From the NCBI RefSeq assembly GCF_964355755.1, contig NC_092670.1, positions 9,352,201-9,416,200 on the forward strand: 64,000 nucleotides of DNA. Reading direction: 5' to 3'. Origin of the DNA: Antedon mediterranea. Taxonomy: Eukaryota; Animalia; Echinodermata. Both the position numbers and the translations under genes were made by a program. Under the pieces are notes generated by a model that ran no database searches, was not told where the DNA came from, and was given only the letters and a program-made list of their open reading frames with translations. Positions 49,364 through 60,524 of this stretch are shown piece by piece (the stretch's first letter is position 1; each line of letters begins with the position of its first letter).

Positions 49364-51869
49364 AGTATTAGCAGGTTCTGTAGATGCACTTGGTTGGGCT
49401 AGGTTAATCAATTTGTCAAAGAAAATTTGTCAAAGAAATGTGTTAACAACATTAATAAATCTACAGAAATACCTGTTCTTTACACAGATAGCAGATAGCA
49501 TTTTTTTATATTAAAACAAAAATACATATAGCAGTATATATAATGCATCAGTAGCCGAATGTTAATAAAGGTGCAGGTAAAGCTTACAGTGAATAATGAA
49601 AAAAAAACAAAACAAAAACATTTTCAGACAAGATGAACACATGACAAAACAAGTATAAATACATAATACATATATGACAAAATAAGTAAACATACATACA
49701 AAACAAAACAAGTATAAATACATGAGAAATGATGTAGTTTTTAATAGGCATAATAGCATGTTGTTTTTAATTTGTTTTTTAATGCAAAAAGTACTTTAAT
49801 GAATAAATCAAAAGAAAATAAAAAACATGGCAAGTAGACAGGGTTTTGTCTAACTACAAGAGATACTGCAAACAAAGCATATTTTCTATTTTGTTTTCTA
49901 CCACATATACTTACCAATGCAAAATGAAAGATTGGTCGCAACATCTCCAAACCTGCAAAACTTAAAAAAAAAACAGATCACGTGCAAAAATGTATGTGAA
50001 CAAAGTAAGTATAAACAAAAGAAATGTTACCGTAAATATTGATGACTCGGTGAAAAGCCAGTTGAAGTGAATGCTAAGTGGTAAAAAGAGAAAATATAGA
50101 TTACTTTTAGAGCTACCACATAATTTATAGCTCTAGCTTAAATGAAAAATTGTAAGTAATTTAAAAATAAACTACTTTCTTTTGTCATTGTTGGTGCACC
50201 ATGAATTTGGGTGCAATAAACTCTGGTAATAATTATTATATGTGTGACCTTGATATAAAAACACATTGAATATTTATTCAATTATTATTATGTTACTAAT
50301 ACTAATTAAATTATTACATAAAGCTACTTCTATTCTAAAACATATTTATAAAAGGTTAATAATTGTATAAATTGATTCTACCTTACAGTCACTAAATTAG
50401 ATATTAGTAATGTTATATAAACTTTGCAGAAAAAAAATGGTGTTTACAAGACTTATGTGATAGTAATTAGAATTAAATTCTAGGGATTATAACTTGATAC
50501 ATGACAGCTGTCTTTGTTTACATACCTTGCCTAGCCTATGCCCAAAGTTTATGAGGTGTAGGTATATAAGACCTTGATATAAAAACACATTGAATATTCA
50601 TTTAATTGTAAAATGTTAATAATACTAATAAAATCATTACATTAAAAGCTACTTCTATTCTAAAACATAATTCTAAAAGGTTAATTAATTGTAGCCTAAA
50701 ATTGATTGTACTTACAGTCACTAAATTAGATGTTAGTAATGTTATATAAACTTTGCAGAAAAAATGGTGTTTACAAGACTTATGTGATAGTAATTAGAAT
50801 TAAATTCTAGGGATTAAGATAACTTAATACAGGACAGCTGTCTTTGTTTATATTCCCAAAAGTTTATGAGGTGTAGTCATGAGATAAGACCTTGAATATT
50901 TAACTAACTGCATTTACTTAATAAACTACATTCAGATATTCAGATAAGATAATATTTATTTAGACAATAATGAATGAATATATACAAAATAGAAAAAAGA
51001 TATTAAAGTGAACACATAGATAGATAAAGCAGTAATTGATAGTCATTATTATCATGGATCCCTTATAGAAGTTAAAAACTTGTCTCGTAGGGACCCACAA
51101 CAAAACACATTACTATAAAAAAATAAATAAACCTAGAATATATAATTATATAATTTAGGATAAAAAATTACAGTATAATAACATAACTAACATCTTCTTT
51201 ATAAAAATTATTTAAATTATATTTCAATAGTTTCATATAAATGAAATAAATTACATTAAAAACAAATTAATAAACAAAAACTAAATAAACAATAACAGGA
51301 GAAGAACACTTTCAGTCTGTCACATATAGACTAGGCCTAACTTCTATCTATTCTAGCCTAGCTAGGCCTCTTTTCCTCCTAGCAGCTAACTAAGAAAAAC
51401 GGCCTATTTTATCATTTTAATTTAATTGAATTTGTAGGCAAACAAAAATATGACAAAAAATACACTAACAGAAAACAATTAACAGAAAACAACGCCCACA
51501 ATGTATTCATTTTTTTTAAATTAACTAATTAAGGCGACGAACTCGGCCGTACTAGGCCTGGGCGCGGCCGACAGCCAGGCCGCGAACGTGCATCGGGACC
51601 GATAACACGTCTCTCGCGGAGCTGATCATATATTTGGCCATACTTTAAACGCCCGTTTTTTGACTAAAATCAATTTTTTTTTCCTACCTTGAATACAAGC
51701 AAACGGTTGCAGGATACTACAGCTTCTAGATGATGACCTCAAATAGGATTGCGCTTAGAAAAACGATTGAATTTAGAGAGCGTTTAGAACGAGATGTTGT
51801 CACAGATAAATCTGATCAAAATCTCAAAGAAAAACCTCGCGGTCCCCTCAATCTCAACTTTCTAGTTGC

Positions 51870-51990
51870 ATTACGTCACTCTTCAGCGCTCCGATAGGTT
51901 AACAATTGAAACACTGACTTTCCATGATCGTGATCTGATTGGTCAATAACCTGTTCAATTTGCCGTGAACGTCTGCGATTGGTTAACAAT
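51870..51990 (-). promoter_or_regulatory. Putative Pol II promoter of copy 3 (CCAAT boxes and CRE-like site)
   Basis: ttacgtcact, tgattggtca and gattggttaa; homologous to 43560-43700. Confidence 0.6.
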
Positions 51991-52043
51991 TGAAACATGA
52001 ATTGAAACAATAAACCTTGCATAATGGGTTAAAGTGAGCGCAA

Positions 52044-55000
52044 TAGTACAGGGAAATTTTCGGAAAAGAGCCAATTTTCGACCCTTTTATTTTTGACATA
52101 AATGATTACTATAGCATAATAAACATGCGCAGAGTCGAATGATGGGTTCTGCGCATGTCAATTATGCTATAGTAACCAGTTATGTCAGAAAATAAAATAG
52201 TCGAAAATTATTTTTAGACATAAATGTTTACTATCGCATAATAAACATGCGCAGAGTCGAATAATGGGTTCTGTGCATGTCAATTATGATTTAGTAACCA
52301 GTTATATCAAAAAATAAAATAGTCGAAAATTATTTTTAGACATAAATGTTTACTATCGCATAATAAAAATGCGCAGAGTCGAATAATGGGTTCTGCGCAT
52401 GTCAATTATGCTATAGTAACCAGTTATGTCAGAAAATAAAATAGTCAAATTATTTTTAGACATAAATGTTTACTATCGCATAATAAACATGCGCAGAGTC
52501 AAATAATGGGTTCTGCGCATGTCAATTATGCTATAGTAACCTGTTATGTCAGATAATAAAATGGTCGAAAATTATTTTTATACATAAATGTTTACTATCG
52601 CATAATAAAGATGCGCAGAGTCGAATAATGGGTTCTGCGCATGTCAATTATGCTATCCAGTTATGTCAGATAATAAAATGGTCAAAAATTATTTTTAGAC
52701 ATAAATGTTTACTATCGCATAATAAACATGCGCAGAGTCGAATAATGGGTTCTGCGCATGTCAATTATGATATAGTAACCAGTTATATCAAAAAATAAAA
52801 TGGTCGAAATTTGGCCATTTTTGGAAAAAATCCCTGTACTATAGTACAGGGAAATTTTCGGAAAAGAGCCAATTTTCGACCCTTTTATTTTTGACATAAA
52901 TGATTACTATAGCATAATAAACATGCGCAGAGTCGAATAATGGGTTCTGCGCATGTCAATTATGCTATAGTAACCAGTTATGTCAGATAATAAAATGGTC
53001 GAAAATTATTTTTAGACATAAATGTTTACTATCGCCTAATAAACATGCGCAGAGTCGAATAATGTGTTCTGCGCATGTCAATTATTCTATAGTAACCAGT
53101 TATGTCATAAAATAAAACTGTCGAAAATTATTTTTAGACCTAAATGTTTACTATTGCATAATAAACATGCGCAGAGTCGAATAATGGACTCTGCGCATGT
53201 CAATTATGATATAGTAACCAGTTATATCAAAAAATGAAATGATCGAAATTTGGCCATTTTTCGAAAAAATCACTGTACTATATTACAGGGAAATTTTCGA
53301 AAAAGAGCCAATTTTCGACCCTTTTATTTTTGACATAAATGATTACTATAGCATAATAAACATGCGCAGAGTCGAATTATGGGTTCTGCGCATGTCAATT
53401 ATGCTATAGTAACCAGTTATGTCAGAAAATAAAATAGTCGAAAATTATTTTTAGACATAAATGTTTACTATCGCATAATAAACATGCGCAGAGTCGAATA
53501 ATGGGTTCTGCGCATGTCAATTGTGATTTAGTAACCAGTTATATCAAAAAATAAAATAGTCGAAAATTATTTTTAGACATAAATCTTTACTATCGCATAA
53601 TCAACATGCGCAGAGTCGAATAATGGGTTCTGCGCATGTCAATTATGCTATAGTAACCAGTTATGTCAGAAAATAAAATAGTCGAAAATTATTTTTAGAC
53701 ATAAATGTTTACTATCGCATAATAAACATGCGCAGAGTCAAATAATGGGTTCTGCGCATGTCAATTATGCTATAGTAAGATAAGATAAGATAATATAAAA
53801 ACAAATATAGCATAAAACCATTCATATAAAAACATCTAAAAAATTACAATATAAAATTATCTTCTTGACTTCCTGTTGTACTGGATGATACCTGTTATGT
53901 CAGATAATAAAATGGTCGAAAATTATTTTTACACATAAATGTTTACTATCGCATAATAAAGATGCGCAGAGTCGAATAATGGGTTCTGCGCATGTCAATT
54001 ATGCTATAGTAACCAGTTATGTCAGATAATAAAATGGTCGAAAAATATTTTTAGACATAAATGTTTACTATCGCATAATAAACATGCGCAGAGTCGAATA
54101 ATGGGTTCTGCGCATGTTAATTATGATATAGTAACCAGTTATATCAAAAAATAAAATGGTCGAAATTTGGCCATTTTTGGAAAAAATCCCTGTACTATAG
54201 TACAGGGAAATTTTCGAAAAAGAGCCAATTTTCGACCTTTTTATTTTTGACATAAATGATTACTATAGCATAATAAACATGCGCAGAGTCGAATGATGGG
54301 TTCTGCGCATGTCAATTATGCTATAGTAATCAGTTATGTCAGATAATAAAATGGTCGAAAATTATTTTAGATATAAATGTTTACTATCGCATAATAAACA
54401 TGCGCAGAGTCAAATAATGGGTTCTGCGCATGTCAATTATGATATAGTAACCAGTTATATCAAAAAATAAAATGGTCGAAATGTGGCCATTTTTGGAAAA
54501 AATCCCTGTACTATAGTACAGGGAAATTTTCGAAAAAGAGCCAATTTTCGACCCTTTTATTTGTTGACATAAATGGTTACCATAGCATAATAAACATGCG
54601 CAGAGTCGAATAATGGGTTCTGCGCATGTCAATTATGCTATAGTAACCAGTTATGTCAGATAATAAAATGGTCGAAAATTATTTTTAGACATAAATGTTT
54701 ACAATCGCATAATAAAGATGCGCAGAGTCGAATAATGGGTTCTGCGCATGTCAATTAAGCTATAGCATACCAGTTATGTCAGATAATAAAATGGTCGAAA
54801 ATTATTTTTAGACATAAATGTTTACTATCGCATAATAAACATGCGCAGAGTCGAATAATGGGTTCTGCGCATGTCAATTATGATATAGTAACCAGTTATA
54901 TCAAAAAATAAAATGGTCGAAATTTGGCCATTTTTGGAAAAAAATCCCTGTACTAAAGTACAGGGAAATTTTCGGAAAAGAACCAATTTTCGACCCTTTT

Positions 55001-57467
55001 ATTTTTTGACATAACTGGTTACTATAGCATGATAAACATGCGCAGAGTCGAATAATGGATTCTGCGCATGTCAATTATGCTATAGTAACCAGTTATGTCA
55101 GGTAATAAAATGTTTACTATTGCATAATAAACATGCGCAGAGTCGAATAATGGGTTCTGCACATGTCAATTATGCTATAGTAACCAGTTATGTCAGATAA
55201 TAAAATTGTCGAAAATTATTTTTAGACAAATGTTTACTATCGCATAATAAACATGCGCAGAATCGAATAATGTGTTCTGCGCATGTCAATTATGCTATAG
55301 TAACCAGTTATGTCAGATAATAAAATGGTCGAAAATTATTTTTAGACATAAATGTTTACTATCGCATAATAAACATGCGCAGAGTCGAATAATTGGTTCT
55401 GCGTATGTCAATTATGATATAGTAACCAGTTATATCAAAAAATAAAATGGTCGAAATTTGGCCATTTTCGGAAAAGAACCAATTTTCGACCCTTTTATTT
55501 TTTGACATAACTGGTTACTATAGCATAATAAACATGCGCAGAGTCGAATAATGGGTTCTGCGCATGTCAATTATGCTATTGTAACCAGTTATGTCAGATA
55601 ATAAAATGTTTACTATTGCATAATAAACATGCGCAGAGTCGAATAATGGGTTCTGCGCATGTCAATTATGCTATAGTAACCAGTTATGTCAGATAATAAA
55701 ATTGTCGAAAATTATTTTTAGACAAATGTTTACTATCGCATAATAAACATGCGCAGAATCGAATAATGTGTTCTGCGCATGTCAATTATGCTATAGTAAC
55801 CAGTTATGTCAGATAATAAAATGGTCGAAAATTGGCCATTTTCGGAAAAGAACCAATTTTCGACCCTTTTATTTTTTGACATAACTGGTTACTATAGCAT
55901 AATAAACATGCGCAGAGTCGAATAATGGGTTCTGCGCATGTCAATTATGCTATTGTAACCAGTTATGTCAGATAATAAAATGTTTACTATTGCATAATAA
56001 ACATGCACAGAGTCGAATAATGGGTTCTGTGCATGTCACTTATGCTATAGTAACCAGTTATGTCAGATAATAAAATGGTCGAAAATTATTTTTAGACATA
56101 AATGTTTACTATCGCCTAATAAACATGCGCAGAGTCGAATAATGTGTTCTGCGCATGTCAATTATTCTATAGTAACCAGTTATGTCATAAAATAAAATTG
56201 TCGAAAATTATTTTTAGACCTAAATGTTTACTATTGCATAATAAACATGCGCAGAGTCGAATAATGGACTCTGCGCATGTCAATTATGATATAGTAACCA
56301 GTTATATCAAAAAATGAAATGGTCGAAATTTGGCCATTTTTCGAAAAAATCACTTTACTATATTACAGGGAAATTTTCGAAAAAGAGCCAATTTTCGACC
56401 CTTTTATTTTTTGACATAAATGGTTACTATAGCATAATAAACATGCGCAGAGTCAAATAATGGGTTCTGCGCATGTCAATTATGCTATAGTAACCAGTTA
56501 TGTCAGATAATAAAATGTTTACTATTGCATAATAAACATGTGCAGAGTCGAATAATGGGTTCTGCACATGTCAATTATGCTATAGTAACCAGTTATGTCA
56601 TAAAATAAAATTGTCGAAAATTATTTTTAGACATAAATGTTTACAATCGCATAATAAACATGCGCAGAGTCGAATAATGGGTTCTGCACATGTCAATTAA
56701 GCTATAGCATACCAGAATATGTCAGATAATAAAATGGTCGAAAATTATTTTTAGACATAAATGTTTACTATCGCATAATAAACATGCGCAGAGTCGAATA
56801 ATGGGTTCTGCGCATGTCAATTATGCTATAGTAACCAGTCATGTCAGATAATAAAATTGTCGAAAATTATTTTTAGACAAATGTTTACTATCGCATAATA
56901 AACATGCGCAGAATCGAATAATGTGGTCTGCGCATGTCAATTATGCTATAGTAACCAGTTATGTCAGATAATAAAATGGTCGAAAATTATTTTTAGACAT
57001 AAATGTTTACTATCGCATAATAAACATGCGCAGAGTCGAATAATTGGTTCTGCGCATGTCAATTATGATATAGTAACCAGTTATATCAAAAAATAAAATG
57101 GTCGAAATGTGGTCATTTTTGGAAAAAATCCCTGTACTATATAGTACAGGGAAATTTTCGAAAAAGAGCCAATTTTCGACCCTTTTATTTGTTGACATAA
57201 ATGGTTACTATAGCATAATAAACATGCGCAGAGTCGAATAATGGGTTCTGCGCATGTCAATTATGCTATAGTAACCAGTTATGTCAGATAATAAAATGGT
57301 CGAAAATTATTTTTAGACATAAATGTTTACAATCGCATAATAAACATTCGCAGAGTCGAATAATGGGTTCTGCGCATGTCAATTAAGCTATAGCATACCA
57401 GTTATGTCAGATAATAAAATGGTCGAAAATTATTTTTAGACATAAATGTTTACTATCGCATAATAAA
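52044..57467. repeat. Palindromic satellite, middle block
   Basis: Dozens of tandem 122-bp, ~189-bp and shorter variant units of the same satellite. Confidence 0.97.
53779..53890 (-). mobile_element. Short retroposed insertion with a (TCTTA)n tail inside the satellite
   Basis: About 110 bp of foreign sequence splits tagtaa|cctgtt and begins gataagataagata. Confidence 0.6.
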
Positions 57468-60011
57468 TTTTATTTTATTTTTTTATTTTATTCAATCAAA
57501 ACCAACAGCGATAAATACCGCCACTAACAGGTTTGAAACATAAAACAATACAACATCAAAAACGGTTAACAATAAAATACAGATAAAATATATATATATA
57601 TATATATAAAACATAGATTGGCATGCCATAAACAATTTCAATTAAACAGGTTATGCAGGCTGTTCAAGAAGTGAACACATCATCGTCCTCTTAAAATAAC
57701 CAAGTCTATCATTAAAAATATCGATATGATTGCTATTTAGATTATTAAATGTATAAGGTAGTCTATGAAAAAGTCCCCTCTTAGTACAGTCGACACGGCT
57801 AAAAGGAATATGCAATAAATGTCTATTTCGTGTACGACCAGGAACATTTAAACTAAATAGTGAAATTAATGAACAGTCATATTTAGAATTTAAAATATTA
57901 TATAAAAAAACCATATCAGATATCGTTCGACGATTGCTGACAGAATCAATGGAAAAGGCAAAATTAACACAGTTATAAGACAGGAATCGAACAAACTTCC
58001 GTTGAACAGTGTCGATTCGACGGGCCTGACATGGAGAAATTGAATTGAAAATTGCGGAACAATATTCAAGGTGAGGACGTATAATAGATTTGTATAAAGA
58101 TAAAAGTGCCCTGCCGTCGTTCATAAACCTACAATTTCTCCATATTAAGCCCATCATTCTATTAGCTTTTGACAACACATGATTAATATGTGAACAAAAA
58201 TTTAATTTACTATCAATAAAAATACCTAAATCTTTCCATACATAAACCATCTCAAGATCATGTCCACTCAGATTATAATTGAAGAGCACAGGCCTTTTTT
58301 TAAGTGTTATAGATAAATATTTGCATTTATTAGCATTAAGTTTTATCCCCCACTTCTCCGTCCATTCCACGAGACCATCCAGATCCTCCTGCAGTGAAAA
58401 AGCATCCTGTGGAGTGGTAATCACTTTAAACAATTTCAGATCGTCAGCAAATAAAAGAGACTCGGAATGATTAAATTTTAAAGGAAGATCGTTGATAAAT
58501 AAATTAAACAAAAGCGGGCCCAGGATCGAGCCCTGCGGAACGCCCGATAACACAGGGAGCCAATCAGATGTCTCTCCCCCAATGACAACACGCTGTTGTC
58601 TATTAGTTAAATAGCTTTTAAACCAACTTAACAGTGAACCGGATAAACCAAATTTTGAAAGTTTAAAAATAAGCAAATCATGGGAAACGGAATCAAAAGC
58701 CTTAGAGAAATCAGTGTAAATCACATCGCACTGCTTCTTGCTGTTAATTGCATCGTATGATGTAGCAAGAAGCAGTGCGAGGTTGGTTTGACATGATCTC
58801 CCAGAGACAAAACCATGCTGCCTAGGACTTAAAGCATTAGCAACATGTGATGACAAACCATCATGCACAATGCGCTCAAAAATCTTAGACATAGTAGGCA
58901 ATAACGAAATAGGACGATAGTTACAGATTAGTTTTTTGGGACCACTCTTGTGAATTTGGACAATATTAGCGTGTTTCCAAGATGAAGGAAAAACCCCAGA
59001 ATTAATAGATAGCTGAAACAATTTGCAAAGCGGATAAGAGAGTGAGGAGGAGGCACCCTTTAAGACAACGTTACTAATCTGATCAATGCCAGTAGCTTTA
59101 TTGATATCAATGTTACTAAGTGCCTTTTCCACAGAATGCTGATTCACAGACAGAGAACTTAAGTTATCCACCGCATAGTCAGGAAGACCTGGATAGTCCC
59201 GGGGAACGTCCGGAGAAGGCTCACTGAAAAAAGAATGAAAATAAGAATTAAATGTGGTAGCTTTATCATAATTAGACTGGAATGAAATGTTATCGTGACT
59301 CATGACAGAAGGAAGATTATTTGACTTGTATTTAGTTTTCATCCAGCTCCAGAATCTTTTACTGTTAGTGACAATTTGCTTAGCCAAAGAGTCCAAGTAA
59401 TCTTTGTACTTTTTATTGCACATTTTTTTTAAAGACGCGCGAGCAAATTTGAAATTACTTTGGGCTAACCGATTATTATTTTTTTTCAGATATCTATAAT
59501 ACTTTTCTTTGAGTTGAAGCGCACTTCTCAACTCATTGTCAAACCACGGAGGAAGCTTTCTGCGCTTTCTAATTTTAGGCACTGTGTCATTGACGGCAGC
59601 ATTTAACAAATTATAAAACATATCCAAAGCTTCATTTAAATCACCTTCAAAATCAATTAAGACACTCCATGGAACACAGTTAAGAGTATTACATAGATTA
59701 TTGACATCAAGTGCTTTAAAATTGTAAATTATACTTTTACGATTCAAATTATCATTACTACAATTAACATCAAAATTTAAACGGAAATCAATTCTCAAAG
59801 ATGAGTGGTCAGATAAAAAAATATCGTTAGCAGTATAGACTTTGTCGGAAATGTTTTTACTACAAATAACAAGATCAAGCATTTTATCCATTCTTGTACA
59901 GTACGTATTGCATTGAAATAGGCCACAGCTAGAAAGCAATACATCAAGTAAGTGTTCTGCCATGGACTGAGCTGGAGCAGAATAAGGGTTGCTACTCCAA
60001 TTAATTTCGGG
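57468..60011 (-). mobile_element. Young 5'-truncated LINE (CR1/L2-group) inserted in the satellite
   Basis: Uninterrupted ORF, 3' UTR and (TAAAA)n tail. The satellite resumes seamlessly (taataaa|cat) with no TSD. Confidence 0.92.
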
Positions 60012-60014
60012 CAT
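57651..60014 (-). CDS. LINE ORF2: end of the APE endonuclease plus complete reverse transcriptase (N-truncated)
   Basis: LDLV..SDH, YRPISLL, DFSKAFD, GVPQGSILGPLLF, FADD and LYKSIIRPHLEYCS. The first 44 codons of ORF 57651-60146 are satellite read-through. Confidence 0.93.
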   Translation of the reverse strand: MPEINWSSNPYSAPAQSMAEHLLDVLLSSCGLFQCNTYCTRMDKMLDLVICSKNISDKVYTANDIFLSDHSSLRIDFRLNFDVNCSNDNLNRKSIIYNFKALDVNNLCNTLNCVPWSVLIDFEGDLNEALDMFYNLLNAAVNDTVPKIRKRRKLPPWFDNELRSALQLKEKYYRYLKKNNNRLAQSNFKFARASLKKMCNKKYKDYLDSLAKQIVTNSKRFWSWMKTKYKSNNLPSVMSHDNISFQSNYDKATTFNSYFHSFFSEPSPDVPRDYPGLPDYAVDNLSSLSVNQHSVEKALSNIDINKATGIDQISNVVLKGASSSLSYPLCKLFQLSINSGVFPSSWKHANIVQIHKSGPKKLICNYRPISLLPTMSKIFERIVHDGLSSHVANALSPRQHGFVSGRSCQTNLALLLATSYDAINSKKQCDVIYTDFSKAFDSVSHDLLIFKLSKFGLSGSLLSWFKSYLTNRQQRVVIGGETSDWLPVLSGVPQGSILGPLLFNLFINDLPLKFNHSESLLFADDLKLFKVITTPQDAFSLQEDLDGLVEWTEKWGIKLNANKCKYLSITLKKRPVLFNYNLSGHDLEMVYVWKDLGIFIDSKLNFCSHINHVLSKANRMMGLIWRNCRFMNDGRALLSLYKSIIRPHLEYCSAIFNSISPCQARRIDTVQRKFVRFLSYNCVNFAFSIDSVSNRRTISDMVFLYNILNSKYDCSLISLFSLNVPGRTRNRHLLHIPFSRVDCTKRGLFHRLPYTFNNLNSNHIDIFNDRLGYFKRTMMCSLLEQPA

Positions 60015-60512
60015 ACGCAGAGTCGAATAATGGGTTCTGCGCATGTCAATTATGATATAGTAACCAGTTATATCAAAAAATAAAATGGTCGAAATTTGGC
60101 CATTTTCGGAAAAGAACCAATTTTCGACCCTTTTATTTTTTGACATAATTGGTTACTATAGCATATTAAACATGCTCAGAGTCGAATAATGGGTTCTGCG
60201 CATGTCAATTATGATATAGTAACCAGTTATATCAAAAAATAAAATGGTCAAAATTTATTTTTAGACATAAATGTTTACTATCATGCGCAGAGTCGAATAA
60301 TGAGTTCTGCGCATGTCAATTATGCTATAGTAACCAGTTATATCGAAAAATAAAAAGGTCGAAAGTTGGCCATTTTTGGAAAAAATCCCTGTACTATTAT
60401 AGTACAGGGACATTTACGAAAAATGGGAAAATTTCTACCCTTTTAGTTTTTGACATAACTAGTTACTATAGCTCTATAACATGATGATAACACAATATAT
60501 GGCAATATTAAT
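60012..60512. repeat. Palindromic satellite, right block
   Basis: Same units. It ends in the tatagctctataa..gataacacaatat variant also seen at 23960-24170. Confidence 0.93.
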
Positions 60513-60524
60513 ATAGCTCTATAA

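Larger units (their letters stand above)
43753..52043 (-). mobile_element. Dada-like DNA transposon copy 3 (diverged subfamily)
   Basis: Begins 13 nt before TCTTCTCTG (after GCGCAA) and ends in GCGCAA (52038-52043) abutting the satellite. Same exon layout as copy 2, with diverged introns. Confidence 0.88.

Noticed and set aside
52044-57467. CRISPR-like array (palindromic repeats at regular spacing)
   Set aside because: The intervening sequences are themselves repeated, not unique spacers. The context is eukaryotic with no cas genes, so this is a satellite.
60015-60146. N-terminal 44 aa of the 831-aa ORF as a novel fusion domain
   Set aside because: It is satellite sequence read in frame by chance; the same peptide appears in ORFs at 52712, 54068, 54384 and 57010.
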